From Escherichia coli (lineage in GTDB: Bacteria; Pseudomonadota; Gammaproteobacteria; Enterobacterales; Enterobacteriaceae): 64,000 nt of DNA. Shown here in pieces: positions 12,999-29,909 of the stretch. The stretch is from assembly GCF_003334315.1 (NCBI RefSeq), contig NZ_QOWR01000008.1; one strand, given 5' to 3'. Numbering within the stretch: position 1 is the first letter of the stretch; each line of letters starts with the position of its first letter. The notes below the pieces were generated by a model, which saw only the letters and a program-made list of their open reading frames with translations, was not told where the DNA came from and searched no databases. The translations under genes and the position numbers were made by a program.

Positions 12999-14660
12999 TC
13001 AAAATGTTTCCCAGTTTGGATCTTGTTCAGCAATTCGCAGTCGTGGCTGTGCCGGTGGTTGCTCACTGGCAGGACGGGATGGTGTTTGCGGTTTATTGGT
13101 GAGTGGGCTGGCTGCCAGACGGAACGCGGAAACCGCTTGCGTTAAACGACTCGCCTGTTCTTCCAGCGCAGCGGCGGCGGCAGCTGATTCCTGCACCAGC
13201 GATGCGTTCTGTTGCGTGACGCGATCCATTTCCGAAACCGCCAATGCGACTTGATCGATGCCACGGCTCTGTTCATCCGATGCCGATGCAATCTCGCCCA
13301 TAATGTCAGTCACGCGAGTGACAGCATTGACGATATTGTTCATTGTTTCCCCGGCGCTTTCGACCAGCACCGAACCGGTATCAACGCGTGAGACGGAGTC
13401 TTCAATGAGGGCTTTGATCTCTTTTGCCGCCTGGGCGCTGCGACTGGCAAGATTACGCACTTCACCCGCCACCACGGCAAAACCACGGCCCTGTTCACCC
13501 GCACGCGCGGCTTCAACCGCGGCATTCAGCGCGAGGATATTAGTCTGGAAGGCAATACCGTCGATAACGCTGATAATGTCGGCAATTTTCTTCGAACTAT
13601 CGGCGATCTCATGCATCGTTTTCACTACGCCATCCACCACTTTGCCGCCGTGCTGGGCGGTGTCGGAGGCACTTTGCGCCAGTTGCGAGGCCTGGCGGGC
13701 GTTATCGGCGTTTTGCTTCACTGTCGCGGTGAGCTGCTCCATGCTGGCGGCAGTTTCTTCCAGCGCGGATGCCTGCTGTTCAGTACGGGAGGAAAGATCG
13801 GTGTTGCCCGCCGCAATTTCACGGGTACCGGCATAGATGGCATCTGAACCTTCGCGGACATGAGTGACGGTGTCAGTCAAAGAGCGTTGCATATGTGAAA
13901 CGCTCTGCGCCAGGTCGCCCATTTCACTGCGCCCGTCAATGGTCAGGGTATTCGCCAGGTTACCACCGGCGATTTCGCGAATGTGAGCAATAATTTTTGC
14001 CAGCGGAGTAAGCAACATACGGCGAATGCCGTACCACGCCACCAGCAGAATCAATACCACCACCAGCGCGATAACCGCCAGTTGCCACTGGGCAAATCGG
14101 TAATCATCTGCGTTGTCAGTGACGATATCGCGATACAGTTTTTCACTGCTGAGGGCGTACTGAGCAAACGCTTCGCCCATTGCATTTTGCATTCCCTGGG
14201 TTGGCTGAGCGAAATAAGCTCCAGTATTGCCATAATCTAGATAATCAATCAGTTCAGTTAACGCTGTGTAATAGTTTTTATATTTTTCATCAATATTACG
14301 ACTGGTAGCGACCATTTCAGGTAACGGTGCCATGCTTTTGAATTTTTTATAATGCGTCGCTGCCTGCGCCAATGTTTTCCTGGCGCTATCGAGCAATTCA
14401 ACTTTGGCGTTACTTTGTTGATTGGAGGAATCCATCATCATCCGTACCGCTGAACGACTCAGGTTAATGCGCGTTTGCAGCATTAAATCCCAGGTTGACG
14501 TCAGCTCGCCCTGCTGTTCCCGTAATTGATTGGAAACCACAAAGCTCTTCTGGCTATGGTGAAGGGAAGAAAAAAACAGACTGCCGGAAATAAGCTGTAA
14601 CAGTGCGAATACCCCCAGCACCATTACCAACAGCGTGACTACGCGGATACGGTTAATCAT
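12999..14660 (-). CDS. tar: Methyl-accepting chemotaxis protein II (aspartate/maltose sensor) Tar
   Basis: ORF 12999-14681; start moved to [11 protein letters not shown] (553 aa); C-terminal NWETF pentapeptide present. Confidence 0.95.
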   Translation of the reverse strand: MINRIRVVTLLVMVLGVFALLQLISGSLFFSSLHHSQKSFVVSNQLREQQGELTSTWDLMLQTRINLSRSAVRMMMDSSNQQSNAKVELLDSARKTLAQAATHYKKFKSMAPLPEMVATSRNIDEKYKNYYTALTELIDYLDYGNTGAYFAQPTQGMQNAMGEAFAQYALSSEKLYRDIVTDNADDYRFAQWQLAVIALVVVLILLVAWYGIRRMLLTPLAKIIAHIREIAGGNLANTLTIDGRSEMGDLAQSVSHMQRSLTDTVTHVREGSDAIYAGTREIAAGNTDLSSRTEQQASALEETAASMEQLTATVKQNADNARQASQLAQSASDTAQHGGKVVDGVVKTMHEIADSSKKIADIISVIDGIAFQTNILALNAAVEAARAGEQGRGFAVVAGEVRNLASRSAQAAKEIKALIEDSVSRVDTGSVLVESAGETMNNIVNAVTRVTDIMGEIASASDEQSRGIDQVALAVSEMDRVTQQNASLVQESAAAAAALEEQASRLTQAVSAFRLAASPLTNKPQTPSRPASEQPPAQPRLRIAEQDPNWETF

Positions 14661-14691
14661 AAGGCACCTTCCTGAAAACAAGTTGATCTCG

Positions 14692-14718
14692 TTATCGGCA
14701 AGGAGGGGGGAAACTTTA
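14692..14718 (-). promoter_or_regulatory. Sigma-28 (FliA) class 3 promoter of the tar-tap-cheRBYZ operon
   Basis: Minus strand reads TAAAGTTT, 11-nt spacer, GCCGATAA: exact match to sigma-28 consensus, about 30 nt upstream of tar. Confidence 0.85.
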
Positions 14719-14748
14719 TTGCTGATGCCACCCGCCGCGAAATTGAAA

Positions 14749-14776
14749 TAAAAAACCCGATGCGCAGATCATCGGG
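14749..14776 (-). terminator. Rho-independent terminator downstream of cheW (end of motAB-cheAW operon)
   Basis: Hairpin cccgatg/catcggg (14756-14776) followed on the minus strand by a U-run. Confidence 0.7.
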
Positions 14777-14804
14777 TTCATTTCAATTGAGGAAATCGGG
14801 AGAA

Positions 14805-15308
14805 TTACGCCACTTCTGACGCCGCGCTATCTAACAGCGCCATCTCTTCGCTGTTCAGCAGTTTTTCGATGTTCACCAGAATCAACATCCGGTCGCCCAG
14901 TGCGCCCAGTCCAGTGAGATATTCTGTTGAAAGCGTCACGGCAAATTCCGGTGCCGGACGAATTTGCTCCGCCGTCAATGAAAGCACGTCTGAGACGCCG
15001 TCAACCACGATGCCGACCACCCGCTGTCCGAGATTCAGGACGATAACTACCGTGTTGTCGTTATAGTCCACATCCACCTGGCTGAACTTAATTCGTAAGT
15101 CAACAATCGGCACAATAACGCCGCGCAGATTCGTGACGCCTTTGATAAACGCTGGCGTGTTCGCAATCCGTGTTACCTGATCGTAGCCACGGATCTCCTG
15201 CACTTTCAGGATATCAATACCGTACTCTTCATCACCAAGGGTAAATACCAGAAATTCCTGGCCTGACGGCTCGCTGGCCAGCTTTGTTACATTCGTCATA
15301 CCGGTCAT
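14805..15308 (-). CDS. cheW: Chemotaxis coupling protein CheW
   Basis: 167-aa ORF matching recalled CheW. Confidence 0.97.
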
Positions 15309-15328
15309 ATTGTTACCTTTTTACTCAT

Positions 15329-18220
<2,892 letters not shown>

Positions 18221-18224
<4 letters not shown>

Positions 18225-19108
18225 GCTTCCTCGGTTGTCGTCTGTTGTTGCGGATTTTTCACCGCACGCACATGCTCTTCCAGTTCAATAAACGACGGGC
18301 GTTCGCTGGAATAGAGCGTTTTGCGACCAAACTCAACGGCGATAGGCGGTGCGTAACCGTTCAGATTAGAAAGCAGAGTGACTTTGACGCACTGCATCAT
18401 TTTGCTGGTTTCGGCGCTTTTCTGACGTAAAACAGTCGCTAATGGGGAAATAAATCCGTAAGCCAATAAAATGCCGAGGAAAGTCCCCACCATCGCATGT
18501 GCGATAAGCGCACCCAGCTCGGCGGCAGGACGATCGGCTGAACCTAACGCGTGAACGACCCCCATTACAGCCGCAACAATACCAAACGCCGGAAGTGAGT
18601 CCCCGACCAGCGCCAGACTGTTCGCCGGGACTTCTGCCTCGCTTTCGTGCGTCTCAATCTCTTCATCCATCAGGGCTTCGATTTCGAAGGTGTTCATGTG
18701 ACCGCTGATAATCAGGCGCAGATAATCGACGATAAAATCAAGCATGACGCTATCCGCGAGGATGCGTGGGTAGCTGGCGAAGATCTCGCTCTCACGGGGA
18801 TTTTCAATATCACGTTCCAGCGAAAACATCCCCATCTGCCGCGATTTCGCCATCAACCGATAAAGCAGAGCCAGCAGATCCATATACATTGCTTTGGTGT
18901 ATTTGGAGCGACGAAACAGCAACGGCAGCGCCTTCAGCGTGCCTTTAATCGCTTTGCCATTATTGCCGACGATAAACGACCCAATCCCTGCACCGGCAAT
19001 AATCACCAGTTCAGCGGGTTGATAGAGTGCTCCAAGGCTTCCACCGGTCATCAAATAACCGCCGAAAACTGTACCGAGAACAACCAGGTAACCTAATAAG
19101 ATAAGCAC
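18221..19108 (-). CDS. motA: Flagellar motor stator protein MotA
   Basis: 295-aa ORF matching recalled MotA. Confidence 0.96.
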
Positions 19109-19176
19109 GACATCATCCTTCCACTGTTGACCATGACAGGATGTTCAGTCGTCAGGCGTTAACGCGCGATTGGGGC

Positions 19177-19209
19177 AAAAAAAAGCAGCGGTACGTCGTT
19201 ACCGCTGCT
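19177..19209 (-). terminator. Rho-independent terminator of the flhDC operon
   Basis: Hairpin agcagcggta/taccgctgct (19184-19209) followed on the minus strand by an 8-nt U-run. Confidence 0.75.
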
Positions 19210-19234
19210 GGAATGTTGCGCCTCACCGTATCAG

Positions 19235-19813
19235 TTAAACAGCCTGTACTCTCTGTTCATCCAGCAGTTGTGGGATAATATCGGCAGGATTCTGGGAAAG
19301 TTTACGTCTTTTTACTGCCCGGGATGGCGGTTGACATAAGCTGCAGGCAAAGCTGCCAACAGGCTGGTGAGCGTGGGTAATAAAATTGCCGCCGCAGCAG
19401 TTGCAGCTGGAAAGTTGCAGTAATCCACTTTCAACAAACCGCACCAATGTCCAGGCACGGGTTAATGCCAGCAGTGGTCCTTCTTCTGCTTGTGGGCACT
19501 GTTCAAGGTATAAACGGTAGGCTTTGATCACCGCATCGACGCCATTACACAAACCGGTTTTCAGTAAAAACTGCCATGCATTACAGAACATCGAAGCATG
19601 AACGTTTTGTTCCCAGGTCATAAACCAGTCGGTTGAGAATGGCAGCATGCCTTTCGGCGGTGGGCTTCCGCGCAGTTCTTTATAAAGTTTTATCAGGCGT
19701 CCGCGACTTAACTGTGTTTCGCTTTCCAGCATCTGCAAACGAGCGCCCAGGGTGATCAATTCCATTGCCAGCTGAATATCCCGCGCTTCCTGAACAATGC
19801 TTTTTTCACTCAT
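19235..19813 (-). CDS. flhC: Flagellar master regulator subunit FlhC
   Basis: 192-aa ORF with zinc-binding cysteines; matches recalled FlhC. Confidence 0.96.
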
Positions 19814-19815
19814 GA

Positions 19816-20166
19816 TCAGGCCCTTTTCTTGCGCAGCGCTTCTTCAGGCTGATTAACATCATTCAGCAAGCGTGTTGAGAGCATGATGCCGGTATGAATT
19901 TGCTGGAGATCGTCAACGCGGGAATCTTGCGTCAACTGAGTAATCGTCTGGTGGCTGTCAAAACGGAAGTGACAAACCAGTTGATTGGTTTCTGCCAGCT
20001 TAACCATTTGCGGAAGAGTCAGTGCCGCTAACGTTGTCGCCATTTCTTCATTTATGCCGAGACGAAACATAGCGGACGCTTTGTCCTGAACAATCAAACG
20101 CTGTGCAAGTAGTAAATATGACAAGTTGATGTCATAAATGTGTTTCAGCAACTCGGAGGTATGCAT
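19816..20166 (-). CDS. flhD: Flagellar master regulator subunit FlhD
   Basis: ORF 19816-20175; ATG at 20166 gives the 116-aa [17 protein letters not shown] form. Confidence 0.92.
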
Positions 20167-20427
20167 TATTCCCACCCAGAATAACCAACTTTATTTTTAT
20201 GCGGTTTCACCGCACCCCGTGATGTCGCCGGGAAGCCCCGGTAAAAAATAATTAGCATTAGAATAGTTGCGATAAGCTGCAATAAGCAGAACCACCTTTT
20301 TGGTTTAATATGTCCTTACAAATAGAAATGGGTCTTTACACTTATCTAAGATTTTTCCTAAATCGACGCAACTGTACTCGTCACTACACGCACATACAAC
20401 GGAGGGGGGCTGCGATTTTCAATAATG

Positions 20428-20443
20428 TGTGATGCAGATCACA
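20428..20443. promoter_or_regulatory. CRP binding site in the flhDC class 1 promoter region
   Basis: tgtgatgcagatcaca fits the TGTGA-N6-TCACA CRP consensus at the expected distance upstream of flhD. Confidence 0.7.
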
Positions 20444-20945
20444 CAAAACACTCAATTACTTAACATAAATGTATAAGTCATACTTTTGTTTTGGGTGTAT
20501 TTCAATCTGTTAAAAAGTTTTTCGCTACGCTAGCAAGCAAAAATGAAACAGGAATAATCGAAATGGGATGTTGCGCACAGTCAAAATAACTCACCGTAAA
20601 TAATCATCTGCTATAAATAATCACTTTCATTCAATACCAGATAAGCTATTTTTAAACAGACACTTACCGCACAACAAACTAATTAAATACAAAGAAAGGC
20701 AACAATCAACTTAATGTTGATGAAATGTTTTACATATATTAACCACTTGTTTAATGCGGAGAATCAGTACACTATTTTCTTATAATTACATTTGAAATTA
20801 TATGATCACCGGGAGTGATTGATTAATTGTCTTTACTAATAATCAGACTAATATTTACCTGTTTGACCGAGTTGGGATTGCGTCGTTTCTCCATTAGGAG
20901 TAAAGCTTTAATGTCACCTGAAGTTCACAGAATAAGGAACAGGTT

Positions 20946-21374
20946 ATGAGCTATAGCAATATTCTTGTCGCTGTTGCGGTTACACCGGAAAGTCAGCAAC
21001 TGCTGGCAAAAGCGGTATCTATCGCCAGGCCAGTAAAGGGACACATCAGTTTAATTACTCTCGCTTCCGACCCGGAAATGTACAATCAATTAGCTGCGCC
21101 GATGCTTGAAGATTTACGCAGCGTGATGCAGGAAGAAACGCAAAGCTTTCTTGATAAGTTAATTCAGGATGCGGGGTATCCCGTTGACAAGACGTTTATT
21201 GCCTACGGTGAGTTAAGCGAACATATTCTGGAAGTATGTCACAAGCATCATTTCGATTTGGTGATTTGCGGTAATCACAATCACAGTTTCTTTTCGCGAG
21301 CATCCTGCTCGGCGAAAAGAGTTATTGCCTCAAGTGAGGTCGATGTGCTGTTAGTTCCACTTACGGGAGATTAA
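20946..21374 (+). CDS. uspC: Universal stress protein C
   Basis: 142-aa ORF matching recalled UspC (YecG). Confidence 0.93.
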   Translation: MSYSNILVAVAVTPESQQLLAKAVSIARPVKGHISLITLASDPEMYNQLAAPMLEDLRSVMQEETQSFLDKLIQDAGYPVDKTFIAYGELSEHILEVCHKHHFDLVICGNHNHSFFSRASCSAKRVIASSEVDVLLVPLTGD

Positions 21375-21380
21375 CCGCTC

Positions 21381-24733
<3,353 letters not shown>

Positions 24734-24747
24734 CATACTCTCCTTAC

Positions 24748-26262
24748 TCAGGCAACAGCCTGGCTGATTTTAGGCATCGCAAGGCTCAGTGCCTGACGCT
24801 CATCTGCCTGCTCGTGTAACAATTCACCGGCGATTTCACCTTCCCGCATCACCACAATCCGGTCGGCAACGCCGAGGACTTCAGGTAAGTCGCTGGAGGC
24901 AAACAGCACCGCCACGCCCTGCGCCGCCAGCGCATAAATTACGTTATATATTTCGTGCTTAGCGCCAACATCAATGCCGCGCGTAGGTTCATCCAGCAAA
25001 ATGACCTTCATCTCTTCCGATAACCAGCGGCCCAGAATGGCTTTTTGCTGATTTCCGCCTGAGAGATTCATGATCAGTTGCTCCGCGCCCGGCGTTTTGA
25101 TGTTGAGCGAACGAATGTGGTGATCGGCATTGTTTTCTTCCCAACCGTTGTTGATTACACAACCGCCGAGCACATGTTTACGTCTGGCACTGATGTTGAT
25201 ATTGTCGCGAACGGAGTGCACGGGAATAATGCCTTCCGCTTTGCGATCTTCCGGGCAGAGCATCATGCCTGCGGCAATGGCGTGGCTCGGTTTACGAATA
25301 TCGATCGGCTGTTGGTCGATATAAACCTGACCGGCGGTGATTTGCGTCCCGCCAAACATGCCTTTCATTAATTCGCTACGCCCCGCCCCTACCAGACCAA
25401 ACAGCCCAACAATTTCACCACTGCGAACCGCCAGACTTATTGGCGTACGCACGCCTGGTGCTTTCACAGCATCAAGACGTAGGCGCTCCTCGCCATAACT
25501 ACGCGGTTGCCAGCCGTAGATATCGCCAATGTCGCGCCCGACCATCGCCTGCACCAGCGCGTCGTGGTCAACCTGCTGCATATCGGTAAAGGTTTTGACA
25601 TAACGTCCATCTTTAAAGACAGTAATGGCATCGCTGAGGGCAAATATTTCTTCCATACGGTGAGAAACGTATAAGATTACCCGCCCCTCTTTTCGCAGTT
25701 CACGAATAACGCGGAAAAGATTGTCGATTTCACGGGCAGAGAGGGAGCTGGTTGGCTCATCAAAGGCGATAATTTTGGCGTTACGCGCCAGCGCTTTGGC
25801 GATTTCAACCATCTGCCACTGACCAATGGAGAGATATTTCAGCGGCGTGTCCGGGTCAATATCCATACCAAGATGTTTAAGTTGTAAACCCGCCTCATAA
25901 TTCAGCAATGAGCGATTCACAATGCCGCCTTTATGCGGCAGCTGGCCGAGATAGATGTTTTCCGCGACGGTCATTTCCGGCACGAGATGCAGTTCCTGGT
26001 AAATAATCGCCACGCCCGCGTTAAGTGCTGCGGTCGTGTCGGAAAAGGACATTTCCTGCCCATTAATCACTACAGAACCCGTGGTTGGCGCATAGTTGCC
26101 GCTGAGGATTTTTAAGAGAGTTGATTTTCCTGCGCCATTTTCACCCATCAACGCATGAACCTGACCGGCATAGCAGTCAAAACTAATATCCGTCAGCGCC
26201 TTAACGCCGGGAAACGTTTTACCGATGCCGCGAAATGAGAGATACGGGGTAGACTGTTGCAT
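24748..26262 (-). CDS. araG: L-arabinose ABC transporter ATP-binding protein
   Basis: ORF 24748-26307; start moved to [15 protein letters not shown] (504 aa); duplicated Walker A motifs. Confidence 0.93.
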   Translation of the reverse strand: MQQSTPYLSFRGIGKTFPGVKALTDISFDCYAGQVHALMGENGAGKSTLLKILSGNYAPTTGSVVINGQEMSFSDTTAALNAGVAIIYQELHLVPEMTVAENIYLGQLPHKGGIVNRSLLNYEAGLQLKHLGMDIDPDTPLKYLSIGQWQMVEIAKALARNAKIIAFDEPTSSLSAREIDNLFRVIRELRKEGRVILYVSHRMEEIFALSDAITVFKDGRYVKTFTDMQQVDHDALVQAMVGRDIGDIYGWQPRSYGEERLRLDAVKAPGVRTPISLAVRSGEIVGLFGLVGAGRSELMKGMFGGTQITAGQVYIDQQPIDIRKPSHAIAAGMMLCPEDRKAEGIIPVHSVRDNINISARRKHVLGGCVINNGWEENNADHHIRSLNIKTPGAEQLIMNLSGGNQQKAILGRWLSEEMKVILLDEPTRGIDVGAKHEIYNVIYALAAQGVAVLFASSDLPEVLGVADRIVVMREGEIAGELLHEQADERQALSLAMPKISQAVA

Positions 26263-26331
26263 AACGTCTCCGTGAATCACTGGTCGTTCACACCCCCTCT
26301 GCATCATGCAGAGGGGAATTTTTCCGGCAAA

Positions 26332-27321
26332 TTACTTACCGCCTAAACCTTTTTTCTCCAGTTCTTCTTTAAAGTTGTCACGCGTGATCAGTACCACGTC
26401 GGTAACTTCGGTAAATTTTGGCGGTTCAACGTCTTTTGCTACCCAGTTGTAAAGCATTTCGCTGGATTTATAGCCATGTACGTCCGGGCTTGGCAGCAGG
26501 GAACCGTAGAAGCCGGTTGCCTGTGCTTTAGACAGTTCGCTCACCGCATCCACACCGTTAATACCAATACCGATGATATCGGCTGCTTTAAAGCCCTGAC
26601 CTTCGGTTGCACGTACGCCGCCAAGTACGGTGCTGTCGTTCATACCGACGATCAGCCAATGTTTAACTTCCGGATGTTGAACCAGCATTGAGTTGGCAGC
26701 GTCAAATGCCCCCGGGATGTCGTTAGATTTGGTAGGTACCTGATAAATTTGTTTTTCCGGGAATCCGGCCGCTTTCAGTGCGTCCATAGAACCCGTTGTA
26801 CGGCGGCGGGCGGTATCCAGTTCGTTGGCGGTAATCGCCATCACCGCGCTTTCTTTGACATCCCAACCCCGTTTCTGCATCTCTTTATACAGTTCCTGGC
26901 CCTGACGTTCGCCAATTTTAGTCGCCGCCATCATCACCAGCGGAACGGTATCCATTGGCTTACCTTTGGCGTTAACAAACTGGTCATCCACGGCAATGAC
27001 TTTCATATCGTAGCCACGCGCTTTCGCGACGATGGCAGAGCCGAGTTTGGGGTCCGGAGTACAAATAACGAAACCTTTTGCGCCACTGGCTGCCAGGCTG
27101 TCGATCGCGTTCAATGTTTTTTCGCCATCCGGCACGGCAATCTTAATAACCTCAAACCCTAAATCCTTCCCGGCTTTATCGGCAAACTTCCATTCGGTCT
27201 GGAACCACGGCTCTTCCGGTTGCTTCACCAGGAAACCGAGCTTCAGGTTCTCCGCCATAGCGGATTGTGACATAACGGCTGCCAGACCAATGGCTGCCAG
27301 GGCTTTAGTAAATTTGTGCAT
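26332..27321 (-). CDS. araF: L-arabinose-binding periplasmic protein
   Basis: ORF 26332-27372; start moved to MHKFTKALAAIGLAAVMSQSAMA (329 aa) with signal peptide. Confidence 0.93.
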   Translation of the reverse strand: MHKFTKALAAIGLAAVMSQSAMAENLKLGFLVKQPEEPWFQTEWKFADKAGKDLGFEVIKIAVPDGEKTLNAIDSLAASGAKGFVICTPDPKLGSAIVAKARGYDMKVIAVDDQFVNAKGKPMDTVPLVMMAATKIGERQGQELYKEMQKRGWDVKESAVMAITANELDTARRRTTGSMDALKAAGFPEKQIYQVPTKSNDIPGAFDAANSMLVQHPEVKHWLIVGMNDSTVLGGVRATEGQGFKAADIIGIGINGVDAVSELSKAQATGFYGSLLPSPDVHGYKSSEMLYNWVAKDVEPPKFTEVTDVVLITRDNFKEELEKKGLGGK

Positions 27322-28117
27322 GGTTCTCTCCAGCTTTAGTGTCGTTTTGTGTAGGGCAAAAACGAATGACATTCGTTAAATTAATCGGAAAACAAAGCAT
27401 TACCTTTTAACTAAAAGATAAGTGACCGTGTTGACATAGTTTTAGCGAGAAATTAATTCTCCATAGGAGAGCAATATCACATCGCAGAATTACAGTGAGA
27501 ACGTGCATAAATTTAGCGGGAAAAGACATAAGGAAAAGCCAATTTGTCAGACAAATTGTTGAATGCACAGCAGATTAATCCATAAGATTAGCCTGGAAAT
27601 CCTTGTTGTCTTTGGTACCCATGCGGGATGTCTTCTTTTTAACCAGTCAATAGGCCGCATTACCTGGCGTTAAGTTTTTGAAATGGTGTAATAACCGCAA
27701 CTCAAAGATGTGGAAAATGCACGTCATTCATTTCGTCATTAATTATCACTGTGCTCATTAATTAACAGAACACGTATAATGAGAGCCATCTCGCAAAAAT
27801 GAAAAAACGTTTTATAAAATCATCACTTCATCATGAATTCAAATTCATTGATTAATATCAACAAGATACAAAAAGCACTATCATTAAAATTCATTGCAGT
27901 TACATTGATTTCATCAATGAAATGTAAAAATATATAAACTTGATGATTTAAGCATTTTCTTATGCCCGTTCAGACGTTATTCTTATTTCAGATCATCGTC
28001 AGAATTGACTCCACGATCACATTTCGGACCGGCAGAAAGGAATTATTCTGCAAACAGTAATTATGGTGTTTTGATTTATCTTGCACCTCTCCACTTCTGG
28101 ATATAAGGATATTAGGT

Positions 28118-28621
28118 ATGGCAACCGCTGGAATGCTTCTCAAACTCAACTCTCAAATGAACCGCGAGTTTTACGCATCCAATCTCTACCTTCACCTGAG
28201 TAACTGGTGTTCTGAACAGAGTCTGAACGGCACCGCCACTTTCCTTCGCGCCCAGGCACAGAGTAATGTGACCCAAATGATGCGCATGTTTAACTTTATG
28301 AAGAGTGTCGGCGCTACCCCCATCGTTAAAGCCATTGATGTTCCCGGTGAAAAACTGAACTCTCTGGAAGAACTGTTCCAAAAAACGATGGAAGAATACG
28401 AGCAACGTTCTAGTACGTTGGCACAGTTAGCCGATGAAGCGAAAGAACTGAATGATGATTCAACCGTCAATTTCCTGCGCGATCTGGAAAAAGAACAGCA
28501 GCATGATGGTCTGTTGCTGCAAACCATTCTTGATGAAGTGCGCAGTGCGAAACTTGCGGGTATGTGCCCTGTGCAGACCGACCAACATGTTCTGAATGTC
28601 GTGTCACACCAGCTGCATTGA
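28118..28621 (+). CDS. ftnB: Ferritin-like protein FtnB
   Basis: 167-aa ORF matching recalled FtnB (YecI). Confidence 0.93.
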   Translation: MATAGMLLKLNSQMNREFYASNLYLHLSNWCSEQSLNGTATFLRAQAQSNVTQMMRMFNFMKSVGATPIVKAIDVPGEKLNSLEELFQKTMEEYEQRSSTLAQLADEAKELNDDSTVNFLRDLEKEQQHDGLLLQTILDEVRSAKLAGMCPVQTDQHVLNVVSHQLH

Positions 28622-28663
28622 TCATCATCGGCGCTAATGCATTGCGCCGATGAAGGTTTTGAG

Positions 28664-28701
28664 AAACCGCTGCCTCATCTGTTTGAAGCAGCGGTTTTTT
28701 T
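28664..28701 (+). terminator. Rho-independent terminator of ftnB
   Basis: Hairpin aaaccgctgc/gcagcggttt followed by a T-run. Confidence 0.7.
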
Positions 28702-28951
28702 AATGGGATTCACCCTGTGGGGTAAACTTGAGTTCAATAAGCGCGATGGCTTTTTGGATTGCCCGCATGGTGACCGGGTCTGCGGCGGCGGGATGGTTAG
28801 TAAAGTCGATATTCTTCAGCTGACTGGACATTTTTTCACGAACTTCAACGGGCGCGATTACATCGAGAACATCCAGAATTTGTTTGATAACCAACTGGCA
28901 AGCAACCACATCAGAAACCAGTTCCTGATCGGCATTCAGCGGCTGGGACAT
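28700..28951 (-). CDS. yecJ: YecJ, DUF2766 family protein
   Basis: 83-aa ORF matching recalled YecJ. Confidence 0.9.
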
Positions 28952-29036
28952 CGTAAACTCCTGATAGCATTTTGAAAGCCGTTATAGTAGCGGCTTCACA
29001 TCTTCAGCGATAGTCACATCCACCGTCATCAGGACA

Positions 29037-29065
29037 CAAAAAAACCTGCCGGAGCAGGTTTTTTG
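29037..29065 (-). terminator. Rho-independent terminator downstream of azuC
   Basis: Hairpin acctgc/gcaggt flanked by an A-run and a T-run (bidirectional architecture). Confidence 0.6.
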
Positions 29066-29152
29066 TTATCGGAACATATTGCCTGGCGGTACGTCTTTGA
29101 ACGTCTTGCAATAGTTATTGAACATACTTTTCAGTATTTTGCGCAGTTTCAT
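29066..29152 (-). CDS. azuC: Small membrane-associated protein AzuC (28 aa), encoded by the dual-function AzuCR (IsrB) RNA
   Basis: Minus strand translates to MKLRKILKSMFNNYCKTFKDVPPGNMFR then stop, identical to recalled AzuC; below the ORF-track size cut-off. Confidence 0.9.
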   Translation of the reverse strand: MKLRKILKSMFNNYCKTFKDVPPGNMFR

Positions 29153-29414
29153 CGCGGCACTCCGACCATTTGTTATACAGGTGTTATTGTCTTTGCACTT
29201 ATAATATGACAACCATCACAAAAATCAATCTTTATGTGATGTGAATCACATAAATACCCCTTTAATGTTATAAAAATGATAATCAAAAAGCAGCTACCCC
29301 ATTTCTGACACCTACAGATGGCAAGAAATAGCGCCTGCCAGGCGTCTTTTCCGGCCATTGTCGCAGCGCTGTAACGCGTAAAATAGTGCTTTCTTTTACT
29401 CTTCTGGCTGGACC

Positions 29415-29738
29415 ATGAGACTTCTGATTCTGACTCTTTCATTAATAACGCTGGCGGGGTGTACGGTTACTCGCCAGGCCCATGTGAGCGAAGTTGACGC
29501 GGCAACAGGTATTGTACGGTTGGTTTATGACCAGGCTTTTTTGCAGCATGCCCGTACCGATCGTTATGTCAGTCGCGGGATCGCCGATCGCGCATGCCAG
29601 CAGGAAGGCTATACCCACGCTATCCCCTTTGGTCAGCCAGTAGGCAACTGTAGCCTTTTTGCGGGTTCCTTATGTTTAAATACGGAATTCACTTTGTCAT
29701 ATCAGTGCCATCATTCCGCCTTCCCTGTCTTTCTCTAA
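29415..29738 (+). CDS. yecR: Lipoprotein YecR
   Basis: 107-aa ORF with lipobox (LAGC); matches recalled YecR. Confidence 0.92.
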   Translation: MRLLILTLSLITLAGCTVTRQAHVSEVDAATGIVRLVYDQAFLQHARTDRYVSRGIADRACQQEGYTHAIPFGQPVGNCSLFAGSLCLNTEFTLSYQCHHSAFPVFL

Positions 29739-29909
29739 ATGTTTTAATCAGCAAGGGGGATCTTCGCTGATTAAATAAATAGCGGTAATGCGTTTTATTC
29801 CCATTCGTATTTTTAATAAATGAAGTTTATATTTTACCTTTTGCAAATAATAAAATAACAAATTATAGTGACGCCACAGCAACAAATATAACCTTTGTGG
29901 AGCACTATC

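Noticed and set aside
11600-13700. Extended sequence similarity between tap and tar (possible repeat or mobile element)
   Set aside because: The similarity is confined to the conserved MCP cytoplasmic signalling domain of two tandem paralogous chemoreceptor genes (about 80 percent nucleotide identity by eye), not a transposable repeat.
13258-13836. 192-aa plus-strand ORF antisense to tar, and similar antisense ORFs within tap (11391-12309)
   Set aside because: Located within the conserved MCP signalling-domain coding region on the opposite strand; Ala/Ser-rich translation typical of spurious antisense frames.
29173-29442. 89-aa minus-strand ORF in the azuC-yecR intergenic region
   Set aside because: Overlaps the yecR start and promoter region, has no recognisable features, and the real small gene here is azuC (29066-29152).
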